Shown here one piece after another: positions 9,063 to 17,558 of a DNA stretch of 64,000 nt. The number at the start of each line of letters is the position of its first letter. The first letter of the stretch is position 1. This DNA comes from Desulfobacterales bacterium (GTDB lineage Bacteria > Desulfobacterota > Desulfobacteria > Desulfobacterales > UBA2174), in assembly GCA_963668645.2 (NCBI GenBank), contig CAXXWC010000021.1, positions 1,536,001 to 1,600,000 on the forward strand, written 5' to 3'. The notes beneath the pieces were generated by a model. That model had not been told where the DNA came from. It did no database searches and worked only from the letters and a program-made list of their open reading frames with translations. Both the position numbers and the translations under genes were made by a program.

Positions 9063-10703
9063 TCAGAAACTGATGGTCAAAGCGTTGTAAAAGGTCGTCA
9101 GGTCGTCGATCTTGGCAGAAGGATTCCCCTGTTTCCAGAAATCACCGGCCTCAAGATAGGCGGCAATGAACTTGTACTCCAGGTTCTCCCAGGGCTTCCA
9201 GACAACCTTGAAGTCGAACTCGTTGCCCACGTCGTCGTCCCATTCGGCGGTCGCCGTGGAATAGATTTTGGGTCCCGGCGGCTTATCGCACTTGGCGTTG
9301 GCCCAGGTCAACCCCACGGTGAGGGTGTCCATGAGCTTGTAGTCGAAGCCGAGATAGAACATCTTGGCACCGGCCAGGGCCAGGGCTCCGGCGTAAGGAC
9401 TAGAGGCCAGCGGATCCTGGGAGTTGCCGGCGAAGTTGCCGATCCCGCCGCCCAGAGAATCGGTCAAATCGGCGGTGTAGTGATCATTGTCGCCGGTGAG
9501 CAGGAAAGCGATATCCACGTCCTTGTTGGGCTCGATGTAGGCCAATGCTTCATGCTTGTCATCGGTGGTGTCATTGTCGCCGGACAAGAACCAGTAACCG
9601 CCGTTGAAGGTGAGCGGACCAATCTCGTATTCGGCTTGGAGCAGGTAGGAATAGGCCTGCACATCCAGATCCTGCGCAGTTCCGTCAAAGTCCGCATCAC
9701 CAAACGCATAGACCAGTTCCCCTTTGAACGTGAACCCGCCGAACTTGGCGATGAAATAGGGATCGGCGACATGCGCCTGGGCGGAATTGGAGTAGGTCAG
9801 CCCCGAAGCCGCTGCGGCTGCGGCATTGGCGTAAGCTGTCTGGGTAGCCATATAGGCATTGTAGACGGTCGGCATGTTCGGGTAGCCAACATATGCCAAG
9901 GTGCCGTTGATGGTGGCACCTACGGTCCCGGTCGGGTTGGCAATAGCCTCATCTAAATTGGCTTGGGTAACGCCCAGAGCCGAGGCGTAAGCCGCCCGCG
10001 TGGCGTCGTAGGTCACCTGGCCGGTGGTGGCCGCAGCCCCCGCAGATTTGTAAGCCTGAACACGGTTACGGTAGCTAATCATATCCCGCATGGCCGGAAA
10101 CTGCTTGAAATTGTAAAAGGCGTGCAAGTACCCCAATTCGAAGTTTTCACCCTGATACTTGACCAGGGCCACGTACTTGTCGTTGTCCGCGTCTGAATAG
10201 TCCGATCCCTCGTCGTTCTCAGAGTATTTTTGGGCATAGGCAACGAAGGTGAAATTTTCGATGGGCAGCAAATAGAGAATACGGTCCACCGGGCCGGTGG
10301 AATCGCCGATACCCAGCCCCCACTGGCTGTTCCACTGGCGCCCGACCAGGATCCCGCCGAAATCGGTTTTGATCGTGGCATAGGCGGTGTCCCAATCGAT
10401 GTTGTCGTCCGCCTCTACGCTGGTTCCGTCGGGATTCATATCATCCGGCTTGCCCCAGTACTTGTCCAGCGCGTCGAACTGGCCGGTGACACTGATTCGC
10501 TCGGTGATCTCGAATGTAGATTTGAGCCGGAAGCGGCTCCGGTAATAGGATGCCGTGCCCCCATCGTCCACCAAGTCGACGTTGTCGTGGCTGAATCCCT
10601 GCATACGCAGTTCGCCCGAAAACTTGGCTTCCAGAGCCGACGCCGGCATGGCGATGAGCATCGCCATGCCTGCAACGGCCGCCACAAGCAGCAATTTCTT
10701 CAT
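9063..10703 (-). CDS. Outer-membrane beta-barrel porin-like protein
   Basis: Signal peptide MKKLLLVAAVAG..ASA; amphipathic beta strands (YYRSRFRL, EFDFKVVW, EYKFIAAYL); C-terminal Phe (ALTISF); strong RBS. Confidence 0.75.
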   Translation of the reverse strand: MKKLLLVAAVAGMAMLIAMPASALEAKFSGELRMQGFSHDNVDLVDDGGTASYYRSRFRLKSTFEITERISVTGQFDALDKYWGKPDDMNPDGTSVEADDNIDWDTAYATIKTDFGGILVGRQWNSQWGLGIGDSTGPVDRILYLLPIENFTFVAYAQKYSENDEGSDYSDADNDKYVALVKYQGENFELGYLHAFYNFKQFPAMRDMISYRNRVQAYKSAGAAATTGQVTYDATRAAYASALGVTQANLDEAIANPTGTVGATINGTLAYVGYPNMPTVYNAYMATQTAYANAAAAAASGLTYSNSAQAHVADPYFIAKFGGFTFKGELVYAFGDADFDGTAQDLDVQAYSYLLQAEYEIGPLTFNGGYWFLSGDNDTTDDKHEALAYIEPNKDVDIAFLLTGDNDHYTADLTDSLGGGIGNFAGNSQDPLASSPYAGALALAGAKMFYLGFDYKLMDTLTVGLTWANAKCDKPPGPKIYSTATAEWDDDVGNEFDFKVVWKPWENLEYKFIAAYLEAGDFWKQGNPSAKIDDLTTFYNALTISF

Positions 10704-10862
10704 CGTTTTTCTCCTCCTTCCAGTCAGTTTTCCCCCAACACATCATCGATCAGCAAGACTTCACAACTCACGCCGATGGTGCAACTTCAGCGAATCACCT
10801 CCTTTCTAAACCAAACACGAAAAAATCCGCTTGATTCGATTTTCGATCGCGGCTCGAAACAA

Positions 10863-12530
10863 CTACGGACGATAGGTCACCACATAACTTTCCCCCGCCT
10901 CTAGAAAGCCCCCGCTAGTAGAGACGACGAAAATCACCTGGGACCTGCCGTCGCCGCTAAGATCGGCCACTGCAGTGTCCACCACGAAGTCGGTCACCAC
11001 GTCGGTGGCCCATTTCTCCTTCATGGCGATCTTTTCCCAACCCAGGCCCACCACCTGGCCTTTAGAGAAGCTTCTATAGCGCGATAGCAGACTACGTGCG
11101 GCGTCTTCGTTGCGCGCCGTCACGATTTCCATTTTCCCGTCGCCGTCCAGGTCGGCCAGATGCACGCGCAAAGGCAGATAGAAACGGTCGGCATGGCTGA
11201 ACTGGGAAGAGGAACTGTATTCGAGGTAGTTCAAACTGCCGCCGAAGGCACCGGCGCTCTTGTATTCTCGCCGGCCGTCGTCGCCGATGACCACCAAGTA
11301 GTTCTTGGCATCAAAACCTACGATCAGTTGGCGGCCGTCGTTGAGCGCGTCTCCTACCGAAAAGCCGAAAACGCTCGTACCTTCCGGCAACGGAATGCGA
11401 TCTCCCTCCACCAGGCGATCCCCGCGCCAGACCAATTCCACGACACCGCCGCGGAAAAGACGGTTCTGGTCTTCGAGTTCCGGCACACCGGTGGTCTCGA
11501 CCAGCCCGCGTTGTTGTCCCACCAGGCGTTTGGCGCCGTTTGCAGAATCGATCACGCGAAAGTACCAATTAAAATCCCTGGCGATCCTGCGCAGCCGCGA
11601 ACCGTCCCACTCCAGCACGAAAGAGGCCAACCGGCCGCCGCCCATGGCCGTCACATAGATTTCGGCCTTGCTGTCAAGGTTGATATCGGCCGCGTCCACT
11701 CCTATAAGGCGATCGCCTTGGTCAGCCTTGTAAATCGCCAGCTGGACCAGGTTGTCCTCTTCAAGGCGATAGACGAAGATAGTCGCGCTGTCGATGACCA
11801 CAACTTCGCTGCGCCCGTCTCCGTTGACATCACCGGCGGTAAGACCGCAAAGCGCCGCAGCGATCCGATTGCTCTTCCATATCTGCGGTTCTTCTTCCAC
11901 CGGTGCGGCGGCGATCCGGGCCACAGGCGCTGCACCGGCTGCAACCGCCGGCGCCTCCAGCCCCTTCCCGCCGACCGGCATCGGCACTGCGGCCCGGGCT
12001 GCCTTAGGCGCAGCTGTGATCGGTGCCGGTTTTCCCGCCTGCTCTTCATGGGGTTTTGCGCCCAGTCCGAAAATATCCCGGTTCACGAGTTGAGCGAAGC
12101 GATCGATATGCCGGATCACGTCCCCGCTGTCGGTCCCCGACTCGCTGAAACGCACCAGGGCCTTGCCGGATGCAACATCAATGAGAACGGCGTCGGTGCT
12201 CACGCTGCTGCCGAAAAAGGTCAGACTGCCTGCGACCACATAGTCGGCCCCCTGGGCCGCTCCCATTTTCAGCGCCTCTGCCTCGCCTGCCGCCGGCTGG
12301 TCCGACCGAACCACCTCTGATCGTCCATCGTGGGTCAAACGGGCGCGCAACATCGCCTGGATACCGTTATTAAGAAAGGAAAGATCTCTTTCTGCGTGGA
12401 TCTCAAACGGCAGCGTCAGCAGACGGCTGGGCGAAGCCGCCAGAACGGGTATAGCCGATGAGACAACCACGGCAACAATTGCAAAAAGCAGCCCCCCAAA
12501 GACAGCCAAACGTCTGGATCGCATCAACAC
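10863..12530 (-). CDS. Exported FG-GAP/VCBS-repeat protein with N-terminal TolB_N/CsgG-like domain
   Basis: Signal peptide; LPFEIHA..GIQAML..RL..GADYVVAGSL N-domain; repeats GDVNGDGRSE, ADINLDSKAE, ADLDGDGKME, ADLSGDGRSQ. Confidence 0.75.
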   Translation of the reverse strand: MLMRSRRLAVFGGLLFAIVAVVVSSAIPVLAASPSRLLTLPFEIHAERDLSFLNNGIQAMLRARLTHDGRSEVVRSDQPAAGEAEALKMGAAQGADYVVAGSLTFFGSSVSTDAVLIDVASGKALVRFSESGTDSGDVIRHIDRFAQLVNRDIFGLGAKPHEEQAGKPAPITAAPKAARAAVPMPVGGKGLEAPAVAAGAAPVARIAAAPVEEEPQIWKSNRIAAALCGLTAGDVNGDGRSEVVVIDSATIFVYRLEEDNLVQLAIYKADQGDRLIGVDAADINLDSKAEIYVTAMGGGRLASFVLEWDGSRLRRIARDFNWYFRVIDSANGAKRLVGQQRGLVETTGVPELEDQNRLFRGGVVELVWRGDRLVEGDRIPLPEGTSVFGFSVGDALNDGRQLIVGFDAKNYLVVIGDDGRREYKSAGAFGGSLNYLEYSSSSQFSHADRFYLPLRVHLADLDGDGKMEIVTARNEDAARSLLSRYRSFSKGQVVGLGWEKIAMKEKWATDVVTDFVVDTAVADLSGDGRSQVIFVVSTSGGFLEAGESYVVTYRP

Positions 12531-12750
12531 AACCCCCCTCTACGGAGCGCTCGTTAGCGCCCAACGGTCCGCAGCCAAAAATCTGAATAAAGGTCAGGGC
12601 ACAAAATTTAACGATTAGAAAAAGAATGTCTCAAGCGAATTGACAGGCGTTTATAACATGAACTCGGATATGGGGGAAAGTAAAATCTCCGGCCAAAAGA
12701 GAAATTTTATCTTTTCGGCCGTTTAGAGGCATCTTCGCCAGAAAAAAAGC

Positions 12751-12779
12751 TTGACACTCTAGGGGCATCCAGATATAGA
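12751..12779 (+). promoter_or_regulatory. sigma-70 promoter of the second porin
   Basis: TTGACA, 17 nt, TATAGA; about 170 nt upstream of ATG 12948. Confidence 0.65.
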
Positions 12780-12947
12780 GCGGCAAAATATTCGGGCTTT
12801 CATGCATCGGCGCGGGAAGCCCGGAGTGCTGCAAGGTTGCGGAAAGGAGGTGAATAGCCGGCCAGACAAGCAATCTTCGGCAACCCCAAAAGATGATGAT
12901 TGGTTCTATTCTTTTTTAAAAACGGACTCCCAAGGAGGAAGACACAG

Positions 12948-14000
12948 ATGAAAAAATTACTCATTGTTTTCGCCGTTCTTTGCCTGGTGGCGACCCCGGC
13001 CATGGCCGCTGAGTGGAACTTTTATGGCAGCGCGCGTTTTGCCACCTGGACCGTCGATAAAGACAGCGACGTAGCCGGTGTTGATAGCGACAGAGACACC
13101 ATCTGGAACCAGCAGGGCAACAGCCGGATCGGCGCTACGGTGAAGTTCAACGACGAAATCGGCGGCGGCTTCGAGATGAACGATTCCTTTGGCAAACGCA
13201 AGCTCTACGGCACCTACAATTTCGGCGCCGGTAAACTGCTCATCGGCCAGGACTATACGCCGAGCACCTTTTTTTATTCCAACTCGGTATACGACGGTGA
13301 CGGTGACCTGCTCGGCGTCGGCCAGTTCTACGTCGGCCGTCGCCAGATGATCCAGTTGACCTTCGGCGACCTGAAGCTGGCCTTCATTCAGCCGGAAGCC
13401 ATTGATTACACCGGTTTCGACACCGACACCACCCTTCCCAAGATCGAAGTTTGCTACGGCTTCAAGACCGACATGTTCTTCGTGGACGTTTTCGCCGGCT
13501 ACCAGACCTATGAGCTGGATGCGACATCCGCCGATGAAGATGTGGACGCCTACGTGGTCGGCCTCGGCGGCGGTGTGAACATTGGTCCGGCTTACATCAA
13601 GGCAATGGGACATTTCGGCCAGAACTTCGGCAACTACAGTGCGTATAACGTGGGTTACAACGGCACAGTGCCGACACTTCGCGATGAAGCCACCTTCGTC
13701 TCCGGCAAACTCGAAGACGTCGATGGCTGGGGTGCCCTGGCTGTGGTGGGTTTCAAGGTCAACGACATGCTCACTGTGGAAGCCGGTTACGGCTACGAGG
13801 AAGCCGATCTGGACAACTCCGGTCGCGACGAAGACTGGGTTGAGCAGTACTACCTCAATGCCACCATCAACATCACCAAGGGCTTCTTCATCGTTCCGGA
13901 AATTGGTTTGATCCAGGGCGAGCGCGGTCAGGCTCCGGGCGTTGCCACCAACGAACCGGATGTCTTCTACATGGGTGCCAAGTGGCAGATCAACTTCTAA
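12948..14000 (+). CDS. Outer-membrane porin-like protein
   Basis: AGGAGG RBS; signal peptide ending AMA; AEWNFYGSARF, NSRIGA; C-terminal YMGAKWQINF beta signal. Confidence 0.8.
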   Translation: MKKLLIVFAVLCLVATPAMAAEWNFYGSARFATWTVDKDSDVAGVDSDRDTIWNQQGNSRIGATVKFNDEIGGGFEMNDSFGKRKLYGTYNFGAGKLLIGQDYTPSTFFYSNSVYDGDGDLLGVGQFYVGRRQMIQLTFGDLKLAFIQPEAIDYTGFDTDTTLPKIEVCYGFKTDMFFVDVFAGYQTYELDATSADEDVDAYVVGLGGGVNIGPAYIKAMGHFGQNFGNYSAYNVGYNGTVPTLRDEATFVSGKLEDVDGWGALAVVGFKVNDMLTVEAGYGYEEADLDNSGRDEDWVEQYYLNATINITKGFFIVPEIGLIQGERGQAPGVATNEPDVFYMGAKWQINF

Positions 14001-14051
14001 TCTGAGCCGGTTTTGTCAGTGCCAGATTAGTTTGTAGGTTTGTTTCAAAAC

Positions 14052-14085
14052 AAAACCCGGGGCTTTTGCCCCGGGTTTTATTTTT
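14052..14085 (+). terminator. Intrinsic terminator after porin 2
   Basis: AAAACCCGGGGC-TTTT-GCCCCGGGTTTT followed by a T-rich tail. Confidence 0.85.
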
Positions 14086-14208
14086 ATCTTCTTCCTTTTG
14101 GTAGCGGATGCCCCTTGTTCCGGCGCAAACCGCAACGCGTATTCCAACCGTCTCCTGCCGTTATTCCGCTATCCCCTTTCGGTCCATTCCTATCCACCCT
14201 CTATTCTC

Positions 14209-14610
14209 TGTCATTCCTGGCCCCCATTCTTAGTCATTCCGTTTCCTTTTCCCATCATTCCGTCCCCTTTTCCTGTCATTCCGGTCCCCTTTCCAGTCAT
14301 TCCGGCGAAAGCCGGAATCCATGTTCATCAAAACAATACGGCGGGAAAGTCGGCAGGAATCTACTGAAAAATCTTCCGGAAACCCCAGATCCTCAACATG
14401 GCCCCTGGATCGAGTCCAGGGTGACGGGTGCGGGGTGGAAGGCATGGACCTTGGATCGAATCCAGGATGACGGGTGCAGGGTGGAAGGCATGGACCTTGG
14501 ATCGAGTCTATGGTGAGGGGTGCCGAAGAAGATCGGATCGCTCAATCCGGCCGCCCTTTCTCGTCATTTCGGACCCCTTTCCCGTCATTTCGCCGAAAGC
14601 CGGAATCCAT
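14209..14610. repeat. Left cluster of CGTC/GTCA-tagged REP-like palindromes
   Basis: Type A GTCATTCCGGCGAAAGCCGGAATCCAT at 14296-14322 and a variant at 14584-14610. Type B ATGG(A/C)CC(C/T)TGGATCGAGTCCAGGGTGAC at 14398-14425, 14444-14471 and 14490-14517. About 21-bp tandem half-copies at 14209-14295. Confidence 0.9.
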
Positions 14611-14612
14611 GT

Positions 14613-14903
14613 TCATCTGAGAATCTTGGGATAAAGATCCTCCCATTGCGGGTTGAGCCCCTCGATCAACTCAATTTTCCAAAGCCGTTTCCAGCTCTTG
14701 AGCCTTTTCTCGCGTTCAATGGCCGAGCGCATTTCATTGTGAAGCTCATACCAGACAAGATCGTGCACACCATAACGCTTGGAAAATCCTTCGACCTGAT
14801 CATTTTTATGTTCCCACACCCGCTTGACCAGATTCCAGGTCACGCCGATGTACAAGGTACCCCGTGGTTTGCTGGCCAGGATGTAGATGGCCGGCTGGCG
14901 CAT
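14613..14903 (-). CDS. Stand-alone small GIY-YIG nuclease family protein
   Basis: 96 aa; AIYIL..LYIGVT motifs, conserved Arg/His (KRVWEH), catalytic-type Glu (AIEREK), C-terminal NPQWEDL; AGGA RBS. Confidence 0.9.
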   Translation of the reverse strand: MRQPAIYILASKPRGTLYIGVTWNLVKRVWEHKNDQVEGFSKRYGVHDLVWYELHNEMRSAIEREKRLKSWKRLWKIELIEGLNPQWEDLYPKILR

Positions 14904-14948
14904 CGGCTTGTCCTGGATTAAGAAAGGGAGCGTATGGCTGGGATTGCC

Positions 14949-15549
14949 GTCATTTCGACGGAAGCTGAAGCCATATTCCCAACGTCAGGCCTACAAAGGA
15001 ACTATGGCTTTATAAAAATGGACCCTGGATCGAGTCCAGGGTGACGGGTGCAAGATTCATGGACTCTGGATCAAGTCCGTGATGAAGTATCTATTCCCCC
15101 CCGTCATTCCTGCGAAAGCAGGAATCCATGTTGATCGAAACGACACGGCGGAAGCTGGGCCGTGAATCTGATGGAAACCTTCCGGGAATTTCATAGCTTC
15201 TCAAAATGAACTTTGGATCAAGTCCGTGATGAAGTATCTATTCCCCCCGTCATTCCTGCGAAAGCAGGAATCCATGTTAATCGAAACGGCACGGCGGAAG
15301 CTGGGCCGGAATCTGATGGGAACCTTCCGGGAATTTCAAGCTTCTCAAAATGGGCTCTGGGTCAAGTCCGGGGTGACGACGGTAGGTGGCATAGTTCCCA
15401 GGTCCATCAATATCACAATTCTTTCGTCAATCCGTCCCCTTACCTCGCTCCTGCCTTCCTTTCCGCCGTTCCTGCCTCCCCCTCTACCTCCCCACTCTCC
15501 GCCATTCCGGCCCCCATTCTCCGGCATTCCGGCGAAAGCAGGAACCCAT
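14949..15549. repeat. Right cluster of REP-like palindromes including an approximately 146-bp tandem duplication
   Basis: Type A at 14949-14974 (degenerate), 15103-15129, 15249-15275 and 15523-15549. Type B at 15018-15045, 15059-15086, 15206-15233 and 15350-15377. Confidence 0.9.
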
Positions 15550-15551
15550 TT

Positions 15552-17279
15552 TCACTGCGGATTCAAATCGAAGGCAATCAGGCTGCATTTGGCCTTGGAC
15601 AAAGCGATGGCCCCTTCTTTGGCCACCACGGCGATCACCAGTTCATCCACCCCGTCGTTGTCGAAATCCCCAACGGCAAAATCGCTGGCTCGCCCCGAAA
15701 ATGTGCGGGTTTTCCAGACCGGGACCAAACCGAGACCGTCCCAGCCCAGGGACTCGATCCGTGCTTTACTGAACGACCTGAAATCCTTTAACATATTCCT
15801 AACCAGCTCGTCATGCTGGGCAATGAGGATTTCAGGCTTCCCGTTGCGGTCGATATCCACGGTGCGGATGCGAAGAGGAAAAAACTGCTGGTTTTCTTCA
15901 CCGCGATCGATTCTGGGCAGGTTAAAGTAGGTGGTATTTCCGCCGGAGCGGTCCCCATCTTCCCAGAGCATCTCTCCATTGTTGCTGTAAATACGCAGCC
16001 GATCCCAATCCGAATAGGCTATGACGGCTCTTTCGCCGGGAGCGGTAATGTCCGCCAGGGTCAGCCCCAGCAGGTTGGCTTTGCCGCCTTTCAAAATCTG
16101 CAAGCCCGGAACCAGACGGCCGGCTTCCCAGTTCATTTCATAAATCTTGCCCTTGAAAATGGATTCCTGGGCCATAAGCTGGGACTGTCCTAAGAGCAGA
16201 GTTCCGCCGCTGCCAAGGGGCACGACCCGGTAGTACCAGGCTTCGCTGTCCAAGATGCGTTTGTATTCGCCGCCGATGTATTCCATGACAAAAGAGTTGA
16301 CCGTCGACCGCCCCGCCCCAAGACTCGTCACATAGATTTCAGGGATTCCGTTGCCGTTGATATCCCCCACATCGACACTGATGTAAACGCTGCGACCGGC
16401 CTGAGCGATATCGGCGGTTTTGATCAATTGACCGTTTTCAACCTTGTGGATCGAAACCGTATCTTCGGTAACGACCACCGTCTCGGTGCTACCATCGCCG
16501 TCCAGATCCGCAATGGCCAAACCGGTGATCAACTCCTTGAAACTGCGGCTTTTCCAGAAACCACCGCCCTCAGCGGTATCGAGCCGAATGCCGGTTGAGA
16601 TGAACGCCGGATTGGGTGCCGATCCCTGGCCGTCAGGGGTTGACATGTCCTGTGGCCCTGCTTGATGCATGCCTGACCGGAGTAATTTTTCCGGATGCAT
16701 ACGCGGATCGTAGGGCTGGGATTGTTGGGACAGGTCGGCGGCTGGACCACCCGATGCAGCGGAAGCCGCAGGGATCGCTCTGGCCACCTTGCGGCCGAAA
16801 ACGGTTTCGTTGATATTGGTGGCGAAATTGTTGATCTGGGGGATGACATCGCTCGTGCCGGAGGTCTGGGCGAAAAAGGGCAAGGGATCGCGTTTCCCGC
16901 TGACGTCAATCATGCTGGCGTCGATGCTGACGCTCTCACCGAAAATGGTCAGACTGCCGAAAAGGACATAATCGGCCTGAAGCTTGGCGCCGATTAACAT
17001 CGCGCGGCTTGCCCCTTCAAAACCCTCTCCGGCTGCCAGGGCGGACCGGGTATCGGCCTTGCTGATAATATTCACCTTGTCACTCCATGCCAAACGGGAA
17101 CTGAGCATGTCGGTGATCCCGGCCTGCAGGAAGCTCCAATCCTTTTCGGTATGCATATCGAAAGGCAAAATCGCCACGCGCAAGGCAGCGGCATGGGCCG
17201 GCGCGGCGCTGCACAAAGCCAGAACGGCCAGAACACTTAATACGATGTGACGGGTCGAGTGACGCAATGAGTTCTTCAA
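15552..17279 (-). CDS. Exported FG-GAP/VCBS-repeat protein, paralog of 10863-12530
   Basis: TTG start at 17279 behind AGGAG; signal peptide; VAILPFDMH..AGITDMLSSRL..ADYVLFGSL; repeats ADLDGDGSTE, GDINGNGIPE, DIDRNGKPE, GDFDNDGVDE. Confidence 0.78.
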   Translation of the reverse strand: MKNSLRHSTRHIVLSVLAVLALCSAAPAHAAALRVAILPFDMHTEKDWSFLQAGITDMLSSRLAWSDKVNIISKADTRSALAAGEGFEGASRAMLIGAKLQADYVLFGSLTIFGESVSIDASMIDVSGKRDPLPFFAQTSGTSDVIPQINNFATNINETVFGRKVARAIPAASAASGGPAADLSQQSQPYDPRMHPEKLLRSGMHQAGPQDMSTPDGQGSAPNPAFISTGIRLDTAEGGGFWKSRSFKELITGLAIADLDGDGSTETVVVTEDTVSIHKVENGQLIKTADIAQAGRSVYISVDVGDINGNGIPEIYVTSLGAGRSTVNSFVMEYIGGEYKRILDSEAWYYRVVPLGSGGTLLLGQSQLMAQESIFKGKIYEMNWEAGRLVPGLQILKGGKANLLGLTLADITAPGERAVIAYSDWDRLRIYSNNGEMLWEDGDRSGGNTTYFNLPRIDRGEENQQFFPLRIRTVDIDRNGKPEILIAQHDELVRNMLKDFRSFSKARIESLGWDGLGLVPVWKTRTFSGRASDFAVGDFDNDGVDELVIAVVAKEGAIALSKAKCSLIAFDLNPQ

Positions 17280-17391
17280 TGGGCATCTCCTAAGCCGTAT
17301 TAAATTGACCCAACACCCTCCGCCCTCGCCGCCCAAAGGTGGGAGGAGGGCGGGCCTTTGGTCCTTGATGCATCTGACACGTATCGCCCGC

Positions 17392-17420
17392 AACCTATCT
17401 CCCGATTGTTGAACTGTCAA
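17392..17420 (-). promoter_or_regulatory. sigma-70 promoter for the second VCBS gene
   Basis: Minus-strand TTGACA, 17 nt, TAGGTT; the ORF-track 'start' at 17420 is the TTG of this -35 box. Confidence 0.5.
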
Positions 17421-17558
17421 GATCGGACCCTTTGCGGTATTGATAAAGACGGATTGACAGATGATCCTACCGTTGTACGCACTTGAAACATCGCAAGCCG
17501 GATATCCGGTCTAAGACGCCAACCGCGCAGCCGCGCGGCGATTGAGTGAGGAGCCGCC

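Noticed and set aside
10794..10808. 16S rRNA gene fragment (ATCACCTCCTTTCT)
   Set aside because: Only the anti-SD tail matches and the flanks are not rRNA-like; better read as an SD element on the minus strand.
1346..12779. Shared GGGCATCC in the spacers of the tRNA and porin-2 promoters
   Set aside because: Only two instances of an 8-mer; cannot be distinguished from chance without a genome-wide test.
14296..15549. Possible CRISPR array (27-28-nt palindromic repeats next to a nuclease)
   Set aside because: Repeats alternate in type and orientation, spacers are irregular and homologous to each other rather than unique, and there are no cas genes in the window.
14040..15930. ORFs 14040-14516, 14098-14367, 14520-14921, 15213-15791 and 15226-15930
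   Set aside because: They are translations of the REP repeats (VIPAKAGIH-type peptides) or antisense to the GIY-YIG and VCBS genes, with no convincing RBS.
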